The notes under the pieces: generated by a model
What the model saw: the letters and a program-made list of their open reading frames with translations, nothing else
Database searches by the model: none
Told to the model about the DNA's origin: nothing
Made by a program: the position numbers and the translations under genes
DNA from: a virus
Taxonomy: Duplodnaviria > Caudoviricetes
Reading direction: 5' to 3' (one strand)
Virus record (IMG/VR): IMGVR_UViG_2974601178_000001
Span: 56,296 to 120,295 of that record
Length of the DNA: 64,000 nt
Part shown: positions 27,903 to 36,046 of the stretch, piece after piece
How positions within the stretch are numbered: position 1 is the first letter of the stretch
Layout of the letters: each line of letters opens with the position of its first letter

Positions 27903-28949
27903 ATGTCAATAACTGAAGATAAAAATAAAGAAATACTTTATAAACTAGAAAATAAGTATCAACAAAGAGTTGTAGATTTGTTAGGACCCTCCGCCACTTT
28001 CTTAGAGTTTAAAGTAGTTAGTGAAAGGTTAGATAAAAACAAATGCAAACTTATTTGTAACACACATAAGGAAATATGTTACCCTCAAATAGCTAATGTA
28101 CTTCATAGAAAAAGAAGCGGATGTAAACATTGCGCTCAAGAATCTAGAAATAGAAAGAGTATAAAAGATGAAGATGTTTTCTTAGAAGAGCTGAGAGAAT
28201 CTTGTGATAAACATAACTGTACCTTTCTAGGCTACGTAGAAGGATACAAAGGTTCTTACCATACCGAAGTTAAACTAAAGTGTAATATACATACCGAAGA
28301 AGATGAATTTACATGTACAGGTAGAACACTGTCTAGACCCGCAAGAAAAACTTCAGGGTGTCCTTCCTGTTTTAATGAACATTTTTTACAACTATCTATA
28401 AAAAGAAATCAAAAACATATAAATATGTTTTTCGATACAGGTAAATTCCATCCCAATTCTACTTTCTGTAGAGATGAAGAAAGAAAAACTACACAAGGAG
28501 TTAGGAGTTACTGGAAGGTTGTTTGTGGTGATTGTGGTGAAAGCTACCCTTCCTGTACAGGAACTTTAAAAGCAGGTAGTAGGGGATGCAGTTGTGCTAA
28601 ACTAACTAACAATATGGGATTTTACCCAGATAGGGTGAATTGGGATGACACTCTTTACTTATTAAAACTGATATCTAAAAAGGATTGTGATGAAAAAGAG
28701 TGTTTCTATAAGATAGGTAGATCTTTTTGTTTTGACAAAAGACTTTCTAATTTAAAAGCTCATTATGATATAGATGTAATATCTACTATTACTAATAACC
28801 ATAAAGAAATTTTTGAAAAAGAGAAGCACCTTTTAAAAAGTAATAAACCCCATGCTTACTCTCCTCTTATCTCCTTCGGAGGTCAAGGAGAATGTTTCAC
28901 CAAAGAAATACTCAATCACCCAGAAATAATATCCACCTTCAACCTCTAA
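27903..28949 (+). CDS. Free-standing putative homing endonuclease (Zn-finger repeats plus GIY-YIG-like T5orf172-type domain)
   Basis: Repeated C..H / GC..C modules; LYLL...FYKIGRS...KRL...E...FGGQGECF. Confidence 0.75.
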   Translation: MSITEDKNKEILYKLENKYQQRVVDLLGPSATFLEFKVVSERLDKNKCKLICNTHKEICYPQIANVLHRKRSGCKHCAQESRNRKSIKDEDVFLEELRESCDKHNCTFLGYVEGYKGSYHTEVKLKCNIHTEEDEFTCTGRTLSRPARKTSGCPSCFNEHFLQLSIKRNQKHINMFFDTGKFHPNSTFCRDEERKTTQGVRSYWKVVCGDCGESYPSCTGTLKAGSRGCSCAKLTNNMGFYPDRVNWDDTLYLLKLISKKDCDEKECFYKIGRSFCFDKRLSNLKAHYDIDVISTITNNHKEIFEKEKHLLKSNKPHAYSPLISFGGQGECFTKEILNHPEIISTFNL

Positions 28950-29099
28950 TAACCAAAAAGCCCTCCCACGAGGGCATCCCCCTTCCCAACCAACCCCCTT
29001 TCCCCCAAATTTCCCCTTGACACCATCACACCTTTCCCTTAATATATCTACTATCGAAGCAACATTGCTTCACAATTAACCATTTTAGGAGAAATAATC

Positions 29100-29303
29100 A
29101 TGACCAAATCAATAACCCGCTCAGAATCAGCTACTCACTCATTCAGAATATCTTATGGCAGCAAAGGTAACTTTGAATTAAAGTACTCTCGCATCAAGAA
29201 GGGTGCTGGAAAAGGTAAACTTCGTACAAGAGTGTTTTATCGGAAAGGTAATACTTTTGAAAATTTAACTTGGGGTTTAAATGAAAACATACAATGTATT
29301 TAA
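29100..29303 (+). CDS. Small basic protein overlapping the tnpB start
   Basis: TTGACA promoter near 29017, AGGAG RBS, 23-nt overlap with next ORF. Confidence 0.6.
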   Translation: MTKSITRSESATHSFRISYGSKGNFELKYSRIKKGAGKGKLRTRVFYRKGNTFENLTWGLNENIQCI

Positions 29304-30732
29304 AACTTATAGGTTTGAACTAAGAGACCTATCTAAGAAGAAAATTAAATTACTAAATCAATCTTATAAACAAGCAGAGATGCTATATTATAAAGCACTA
29401 TCTCTATGTAAAGAAGATGCTGAGAAGATGTTATTAATTGATGATAAGAAAGAACGTAAGACGGAGAGTTACAAACTTGCCAAAAAGTTGCAAGCTATTG
29501 TTAAACCTTTACCGTATTCAAGTGCAATTAAATCATCTGTCATAGAAGGTGTTAAAGCACAGGTATTATCTTATGTAGAACTAACATTATATGGGCAAGA
29601 TGCAACTTATCCAGAGAAGTTTGATTTAGAATATGATTATGATTATTGGTTGAATGTCCTTATTAACAGCGATTCAAAAGATATAGAAGACTTAGCAAGA
29701 GATGAAATGTCCCGTACCAAAGTTAAAGACTTCAGGCCACTTACTTATGAAAAGTATAGAACTAATGACGGATTTATGATCCTTGATAATGGAGAAGGTC
29801 GTTTGTATGCAATGTTGAGTTTATGGGGTGCTAAAGATAAACGAGCAACACCATTAGATATTAACATGATTGATACACGGACAGGAGAAGAATTTAAGAA
29901 GAAAACTTCTTGTGGATTATTATTCCCATTGATGTGCTCTAATACTCAAAAACAAGCTCTTATAGATGGTCAAGCTAAGACAGCTAAACTTGTAAAACGT
30001 GGTGACAGGTATTTTCTAATGGTAAGTGTTGCCTTTGAAGTAGAGGCTAGGTCACCAAAATATACCCTTGGGGTTGATAGAGGTATAGAAGAAATAGCTA
30101 CATACGTTGTACGTGACGAATCAGGTAAAGTTGTTGATAAGGGGAGTTTCTCTGGTGTACAATTACGTAACCATCAAAGAAGAGTGGAACTAGCACAAAA
30201 GAATAATCAACGTGCAGGAAGAAAACGAGTGCAAGGTTGGAGTAATTACACAACAAACCTGATGCACAATTTATCTAATGAGATAGTGAAGGTAGCTGAT
30301 AAATATTGTTGTCAGGTTGTTATTGAGGATTTGAATAATATAAAGAATAATGCTAACATGAAACGTAAGAAAGGTGCAAGGAAGTCAAACTTTAGAAGAA
30401 TGTTATCTAGGCAACAGTATGGAAGGCTGGAGTTTATGTTAGAATATAAACTTAAAGCAAAAGGGTTACCTCCTTCTAAAAGTGTAAGGGCTGCCTACAC
30501 ATCAACAACCTGCCCTAAATGTGGTAATGTTGATAAAGAAAATCGTCTGACACGAGATACATTCTTATGTAAAGTGTGCGACTACACTGAACACGCTGAT
30601 ATTGTAGGTGCTATAAATATTGCTGGAAAACAGTTGCACTTTGAAAAGATTAAAGGTAAACTTAAGAAAGGGAAACCTTTACCATATGAATTGAAGTATT
30701 CAAATTGGTTGAAAGATAATTTAAAATTATAG
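29281..30732 (+). CDS. tnpB: TnpB/Cas12f-like RNA-guided RuvC nuclease, catalytic triad intact
   Basis: RuvC-I LGVDRG, RuvC-II VVIEDL, Zn finger CPKC...CKVC, RuvC-III HADIVGAINIA. Confidence 0.9.
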   Translation: MKTYNVFKTYRFELRDLSKKKIKLLNQSYKQAEMLYYKALSLCKEDAEKMLLIDDKKERKTESYKLAKKLQAIVKPLPYSSAIKSSVIEGVKAQVLSYVELTLYGQDATYPEKFDLEYDYDYWLNVLINSDSKDIEDLARDEMSRTKVKDFRPLTYEKYRTNDGFMILDNGEGRLYAMLSLWGAKDKRATPLDINMIDTRTGEEFKKKTSCGLLFPLMCSNTQKQALIDGQAKTAKLVKRGDRYFLMVSVAFEVEARSPKYTLGVDRGIEEIATYVVRDESGKVVDKGSFSGVQLRNHQRRVELAQKNNQRAGRKRVQGWSNYTTNLMHNLSNEIVKVADKYCCQVVIEDLNNIKNNANMKRKKGARKSNFRRMLSRQQYGRLEFMLEYKLKAKGLPPSKSVRAAYTSTTCPKCGNVDKENRLTRDTFLCKVCDYTEHADIVGAINIAGKQLHFEKIKGKLKKGKPLPYELKYSNWLKDNLKL

Positions 30733-30760
30733 TTGACTTCAAGTTTTAGTTAAGTATAAT
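30733..30760 (+). promoter_or_regulatory. sigma70 promoter immediately after tnpB stop
   Basis: TTGACT-N16-TATAAT. Confidence 0.7.
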
Positions 30761-30766
30761 GAACTG

Positions 30767-31010
30767 GGTAAATTGCTGAGTTACAATTAAAAATAACTTA
30801 GGGTGCATAGAGGTTTGTGAAGTGATTTATTAACCTCTTTATCTTACCACCCTTTTACTGAGGTTATCTTGTATGAGAGGATTTATCTTCCTTGAGTTAA
30901 CTTTGGTATAAAATCTTACCTTATATGTGAGTAAGCAAAGCTTATGATCGGAGATATGTAATCGTGAGGTGGTATGAGATATAACACATACGTGGTATGT
31001 AAGAACGGGG
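30767..31010 (+). ncRNA. Putative omegaRNA/guide RNA for the TnpB-like nuclease
   Basis: Non-coding; at least five consecutive helices with plus-strand G.U pairs and a possible pseudoknot. Confidence 0.6.
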
Positions 31011-31038
31011 AATATAATTTTAAAAAGGAAACCTTATT

Positions 31039-31434
31039 ATGAATATTTCACAACACTTTGGCAAATTTACCAACTTACCGCAAGCATCTCGCACAAGTTT
31101 ATTAGCTATTGCAGATGGGCACTTTCACTCAATTGATAACACTACTGGTCATGAGGTGTTTGCCATAAATAGAGGACTTGCACACTGGTTGCTACACAAT
31201 TGTGAACATGAAGTTCCTCCTTTGGAAAAGGCTCGTTCTGCAAGTATTCTTGCTCATCAATATTCAACTTCTGGTGCAAAAACCTCTTGGCCTAAGAAAC
31301 CAATTGTGATAAACTGTGATGAAGCTCGTATCGAAGACGGAGTTACACGATTGTACGCAATTGCTTATGCACAAACGGAAGGTGTCTGTATGCCAGTTGT
31401 GTTCAAAACTGAAATTAATGACGAGGAAGAATAA
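31039..31434 (+). CDS. Degenerate ParB/Sulfiredoxin-like domain protein
   Basis: PIVIN...IEDGVTRLYA resembles ParB-N DG.HRL.A. Confidence 0.45.
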   Translation: MNISQHFGKFTNLPQASRTSLLAIADGHFHSIDNTTGHEVFAINRGLAHWLLHNCEHEVPPLEKARSASILAHQYSTSGAKTSWPKKPIVINCDEARIEDGVTRLYAIAYAQTEGVCMPVVFKTEINDEEE

Positions 31435-31435
31435 T

Positions 31436-31744
31436 ATGTGTAAAAAGGATCAATGTCAGCAAAAGTGTAAATCCTGTATAAAAAACTACACTGACGCAGA
31501 AGCACCAATTAAACAATACAATATAACTTTAGAAGAAGGAAACCCTGCTATGAATTGGAAAGAACAACAGCGGCACGATGATATCATTCTTGAAATTGAA
31601 ACTTTGTGCAAAGGTATCACCTCTGCAGAGAAGGATAAGCGCCTAGAGGAAGTGTCTGAGCTTGTTAAAGAGTTGCAGGGTACATTGGCTTATGCTGCTA
31701 AGATTGGTGTTGTCACAGACGCTTACAAACACTTTGTACGATAG
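31436..31744 (+). CDS. Hypothetical protein
   Basis: GAGGA RBS before MCKKDQC. Confidence 0.55.
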   Translation: MCKKDQCQQKCKSCIKNYTDAEAPIKQYNITLEEGNPAMNWKEQQRHDDIILEIETLCKGITSAEKDKRLEEVSELVKELQGTLAYAAKIGVVTDAYKHFVR

Positions 31745-31964
31745 GTGTTATTTTTAAAATTGTAGAAAAAGCAAATAACATTTGACAACAACCCAAATTA
31801 TGTTACAATGTAACAATATAGAATAAACAAGCACGTTAACGGAATGCAATATTCCTAAAAAGCTACGAGAGTGGCAAGGAGAGAACCTAAAAATCAAACG
31901 GCATTTTCGCCAATTAATAAAACATTTCAGTCCAATTGGACATTTTTAATAAGGAATAATATTT

Positions 31965-33122
31965 ATGACATTTTCATTTACCCCTGAGACAGCTTCTTCT
32001 GGTAACACTGGTGGCGGTTCTGCAGTATCAGATGATCAATGGAAAGAATGGAACGATTATTACTACAGCTTACTTGATGGTAAGGAACAACCTCATAAGA
32101 ATAAGCAAGGTGATATTGTAGAAGGTCGATTTTATAAGAAGAAGAAACTTGTAGGTAAGCTTGCAATGTTGGTGGATTGTGGTTTACAGCCTCAACCTGA
32201 TTCTTCTTATGAGTGGAAAGGTGAAATTACAGAAGAGGAACATATTGCAAAGTATCCTGATAACTATTTCAAAACAGTTGATGGCAAACGTATGCAATTT
32301 AAACCTGAGCGTCCTACGCAAGAGTTTGCATTCTACTTCGACTTTACTAAGATTATCGTGGATTGGACTAAACATCCTATTGAAGCATTGCATAGTCTTG
32401 GTCAGAAGCCGTTACGTGTAAGCTATAATGGTTACTTTAAGAATAGTGGTATGGGTTTGGAAGGTTTTGCAAAACAGTTACGATTTGCCCCTAATTTCCG
32501 TACTGGTAAAGTCAGTCCAAATAACCCTATCTATAAGATTGCCACTGCGATGAATGTTGCAGATGAGTTTGAAAGTAGTAATTATGATTTCGGTAAACTG
32601 GCAGGTGGTCATTGTTTCTTCGATGTGTACATCACAAAGAATACCTACAACGGTAAATCTTACTATGATGCAGAAATTAAGAACTATTCTGAAATCACGG
32701 AAATTGAAGCAGGCGAGAACACTATCACAGTGGAACAACAAATTCCACAAAGTGATGTACCTTTTGTTGGTGTGACTCTTAACGGTGGTAATTATTCTGA
32801 TGAAGTATTGGATATGGTTGCACACAAGAAAGAGCTGATGGCAGTGTTACCTCGTGCAAAAGCGTTCCAACCAAATGCAACAAAGAATCCTGACTTCTGG
32901 TTGGGTTGTAATTGGAAGGATAGTGACCTTTGTAAAGCTTTAGGGGATCGTGCTCCGAAAGTGGATAAGAATGGTGACAAGGTTCCTGTTGCTGGTACGG
33001 AAGTGGTGAAACCAGAGGTTGTTCAGCAAAAGGATAAAGTTGTACCGAAGGAAGATCCTGTGGAGGAAAGTTTTACTCCTGCGGAAGATAATTTCGACTT
33101 CCAAGATGATGTGCCTTTTTGA
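31965..33122 (+). CDS. Putative single-stranded DNA-binding protein
   Basis: Acidic tail ending DFQDDVPF, own promoter, located in replication block. Confidence 0.6.
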   Translation: MTFSFTPETASSGNTGGGSAVSDDQWKEWNDYYYSLLDGKEQPHKNKQGDIVEGRFYKKKKLVGKLAMLVDCGLQPQPDSSYEWKGEITEEEHIAKYPDNYFKTVDGKRMQFKPERPTQEFAFYFDFTKIIVDWTKHPIEALHSLGQKPLRVSYNGYFKNSGMGLEGFAKQLRFAPNFRTGKVSPNNPIYKIATAMNVADEFESSNYDFGKLAGGHCFFDVYITKNTYNGKSYYDAEIKNYSEITEIEAGENTITVEQQIPQSDVPFVGVTLNGGNYSDEVLDMVAHKKELMAVLPRAKAFQPNATKNPDFWLGCNWKDSDLCKALGDRAPKVDKNGDKVPVAGTEVVKPEVVQQKDKVVPKEDPVEESFTPAEDNFDFQDDVPF

Positions 33123-33164
33123 GGTAAATCAATAACTTAGCTTAAACACTATTTATTGCACATA

Positions 33165-33205
33165 AGAAAGCCCCAAGAAACAATTAAGTTTCTTGGGGCT
33201 TTTTG
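33165..33205. terminator. Bidirectional terminator between replication and virion blocks
   Basis: aaagccccaagaaac/gtttcttggggcttt. Confidence 0.85.
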
Positions 33206-33324
33206 TTATTCTTTTAATAGTAAGGGAGTGTTAACCCTTTTATGAAAATTTTATTGTTATTGGGTAAGGGTGTTTGGTACAACTCGCAGTAGCGCGGATA
33301 AAACAAGGCTAATGATTAAGTAGC

Positions 33325-33427
33325 TTTTACTTTGCGGTTGATATTGGTAGTAAGATTAAAAAATAGGAGTGTTAAAAATGCCAGATTTACAAGCGATAAT
33401 TATTACAGTGATTTTAGTGTGTGGCCT
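33325..33427 (+). repeat. Bipartite direct repeat, copy 1 (partner 35836-36012)
   Basis: Shared ~42-nt block ttttactttgc.gttgatattggtagtaagattaaaaaatag and ~55-nt block aaaaatgccagatttacaagcg...gtgtggcct. Confidence 0.9.
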
Positions 33428-33461
33428 TTGTTATTTGCTATACAAAGACCACGTTAGTTGA
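33378..33461 (+). CDS. 27-aa hydrophobic peptide MPDLQAIIITVILVCGLCYLLYKDHVS
   Basis: AGGAG RBS; paralog at 35963. Confidence 0.5.
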   Translation: MPDLQAIIITVILVCGLCYLLYKDHVS

Positions 33462-33474
33462 GGTTAGCGTTTCG

Positions 33475-35754
33475 CTACTTTCTAAATAGCGACACTTTAT
33501 ACTCATTGTCTGCGCGTATGACCTGCCCGATAGTTACAGGTTCAGGTTTATCTGTGTTACTTCTAGCAAAGTACATTTTTCCTACCCAACTACTAAAACC
33601 ACTTGGTGTCACTGCTCCTGACAGGTTAGGGGCAATACTAGCTAATCTTGACCCGTATTCATAATCACCAACACCGTAATTAGATGCTGTTAGTGACATA
33701 ATGCAGTGATACTCACCATCGTCTGTTGATGGGACTCCTCCCGCACCGATAGGTCGGTAAATATCACCTATTGCTCGCATTTGTAAGTCGGTACTCGCTC
33801 CTACAAACGGGTTAACTATCCCAGCGTAATCTATTAAATCAACTCGACCAGTTTGTGCCAACTCCATTTGCGGACATACTAACTTAGCTGTAACACCGTT
33901 AAAGTGGACTACAGGCCACATAGCAGGATAGTGATATCCGAAGTTGCCATCGGATAGCATTTTGCTTTCGTGGCTTACAACAATTTTACCATTCCCGATG
34001 CTATGAGTCAGTGATGTATCACAAATGTCCGTTGACGTAGCAGTAACAATGCCATAGTACGCTCGGATCTTCTGATTCAAAATTAATTGATAACCTACTG
34101 CGTAACTTCCATTTTCCAAAGATTTTGTAAGACCGTCCGCTGAGATAGTCAAAGCAGATGTTAAGTATTCATTACCGTGGAGATTTCCTCCTACATCTTG
34201 ATACGGATCGCTTAGTGTCGGTCTAAACTCGTATGCGTACTCAAGCTGACTACCAGCAGCCTGTAGCGTATCAGATCTGTTTGAGTCGGTAACAAATGCT
34301 GAGCGCTTTATAAGTAACCAAGTCACATTCCCATCTGTTGCGCTACCGCTCGTATGGCTTGGTATTTCCGTACCAGACGTCCCAGCAACTGTACAAACAT
34401 AAATGCGACCACCACCACCTATCACTTCCTCGTACTGAGCATAAGCTGTAGTCGGCATCCAAACTTTAGGCCTTACACTGGGACTCCACGGGTTTCCGAA
34501 CGAATCCCCCTCAATTGTTAATCCTGAAAATATAAATCTATCCCCAGCCAAACTTGACTGGTTCTTAGCTGCTGACAGTGTGAATCTAACTAAGTACGGT
34601 GAAACTCTAGCGGGTAAACCAGACGCGACCAGTTTTGTCTGTCGATGCGTTAAATCAATGGGCGTGTATGTGTCAACTGTGGTCGCCTCATTAACTAATG
34701 CTGTTGATCCGTCGATGGTCACGTCAATAATATTCCCGTTGTTTCGACCCGTGAAATTCAACGTTATATCGGCCTCACCAGAGCCAACTTGCAAGCTTAC
34801 CTCCACGAACGCACCAACAGTAGTAGTTTGTGCAGCACGATGTCCTAAATATGGATTTGGGTCGCTAGAGCTAAGGTCTGTCCATGTACCAGAACCAGTC
34901 GTGACTTCTGCATCACCCCAAATTATAGACTCCGCAAAGTCCTGAATCATTGTCTGATTCCAGCCAAACGGTGTAGTGTTCCCAGCTGCGTCTAGTCCAC
35001 TGTTTGCAAAATCACTTACTTGCCAAGTTCTTCCGCCCAAGTGTAAGTAGCTGCGGTATTGCTCATCTGAGATTTTCAGTAATGCCGATTTTCTAGATGG
35101 TATTAGCCCAGTCATAATTGGGGGAGTTATTGACTTACCGCGCAGTACTGGTGCTATCATGTTGTTAGCGATGTCTCCCGCTGCTTCTCCACCAACTTGA
35201 GTATTGCTATCTGTGGCGGCTAGCTCCTGCCGCAGCACATCAACCTCAAAACTAATCTGAATAGAATCAACCTCAACATAATAATCACCATCAGCAATAT
35301 AAAAAGCAACAACTCCAGAGCTATCAGATACATTACTCGTACCATTCTGCAAAATCTCATTTGCACCATCTTTATCACTGTAAATAGTAGCTAGAGAATT
35401 ATCAGACGTTTTACGTACTTCATAAGCAACCCCTGCGCCACCTGCAAACGTTGTAACTTTGGTTAGGTTGTCGGTAGGCGATTGGAATATTTTTAGTGTA
35501 AGAGGCTCTTTAACAATACCACGAATAGCCTCTAAGTATTGACTGTTATTAGCATTATCAGCATTTCCAGAAGGAGTTAGACCCCCTTCCTTCAATAACG
35601 CTTGGAAGAAACCCCATTGATCATTAATGTAGTCTTCTTCAAATGGTGTACCATCTATTGCGGCAGGGGTACTTTTGTTACGGGCTTTACCTTGCGGGTA
35701 GTTGGCATCCGTTGCGACTTGATCGGGATACCTTTGTTTATAATCTATTGCCAT
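33475..35754 (-). CDS. Tail fibre/receptor-binding protein 2
   Basis: N-terminus paralogous to 36047-38554; CBM-like W...TAY...G.IY.C..AGTSG...P...DG.VTW module; elevated GC. Confidence 0.8.
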   Translation of the reverse strand: MAIDYKQRYPDQVATDANYPQGKARNKSTPAAIDGTPFEEDYINDQWGFFQALLKEGGLTPSGNADNANNSQYLEAIRGIVKEPLTLKIFQSPTDNLTKVTTFAGGAGVAYEVRKTSDNSLATIYSDKDGANEILQNGTSNVSDSSGVVAFYIADGDYYVEVDSIQISFEVDVLRQELAATDSNTQVGGEAAGDIANNMIAPVLRGKSITPPIMTGLIPSRKSALLKISDEQYRSYLHLGGRTWQVSDFANSGLDAAGNTTPFGWNQTMIQDFAESIIWGDAEVTTGSGTWTDLSSSDPNPYLGHRAAQTTTVGAFVEVSLQVGSGEADITLNFTGRNNGNIIDVTIDGSTALVNEATTVDTYTPIDLTHRQTKLVASGLPARVSPYLVRFTLSAAKNQSSLAGDRFIFSGLTIEGDSFGNPWSPSVRPKVWMPTTAYAQYEEVIGGGGRIYVCTVAGTSGTEIPSHTSGSATDGNVTWLLIKRSAFVTDSNRSDTLQAAGSQLEYAYEFRPTLSDPYQDVGGNLHGNEYLTSALTISADGLTKSLENGSYAVGYQLILNQKIRAYYGIVTATSTDICDTSLTHSIGNGKIVVSHESKMLSDGNFGYHYPAMWPVVHFNGVTAKLVCPQMELAQTGRVDLIDYAGIVNPFVGASTDLQMRAIGDIYRPIGAGGVPSTDDGEYHCIMSLTASNYGVGDYEYGSRLASIAPNLSGAVTPSGFSSWVGKMYFARSNTDKPEPVTIGQVIRADNEYKVSLFRK

Positions 35755-35835
35755 TATTAGTTGTCCTTGTGATAAAATGATTGCTATGTTTACATGAAAG
35801 ATGTTTTAGCCAATCCAATGACTTGGATATTGGGT

Positions 35836-36012
35836 TTTTACTTTGCCGTTGATATTGGTAGTAAGATTAAAAAATAGTTATAACATATAACAATTAGTTA
35901 TTAGCAATAAAAGCGAATATCGCATATTGTTAGTTCAACAACAAATTGAGAGGAGTAGAAAAATGCCAGATTTACAAGCGATAATTATTACAGTTGTTTT
36001 AGTGTGTGGCCT
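35836..36012 (+). repeat. Bipartite direct repeat, copy 2
   Basis: Same two blocks as 33325-33427 with ~75 nt extra between them. Confidence 0.9.
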
Positions 36013-36025
36013 GAATATACTGTAG
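35963..36025 (+). CDS. 20-aa hydrophobic peptide MPDLQAIIITVVLVCGLNIL
   Basis: GAGGAG RBS; paralog at 33378. Confidence 0.45.
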   Translation: MPDLQAIIITVVLVCGLNIL

Positions 36026-36046
36026 CAACTGAACCAGAAGATGTAA

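Noticed and set aside
30960-31010. CRISPR mini-array next to the Cas12f-like gene
   Set aside because: Only two imperfect ~16-nt repeats separated by 6 nt; no spacer-length unique sequence and no cas1/cas2
28950-31040. Complete IS200/IS605 or IS607 element
   Set aside because: No TnpA with HUH/Y1 or serine-recombinase motifs, and no recognisable paired subterminal hairpins
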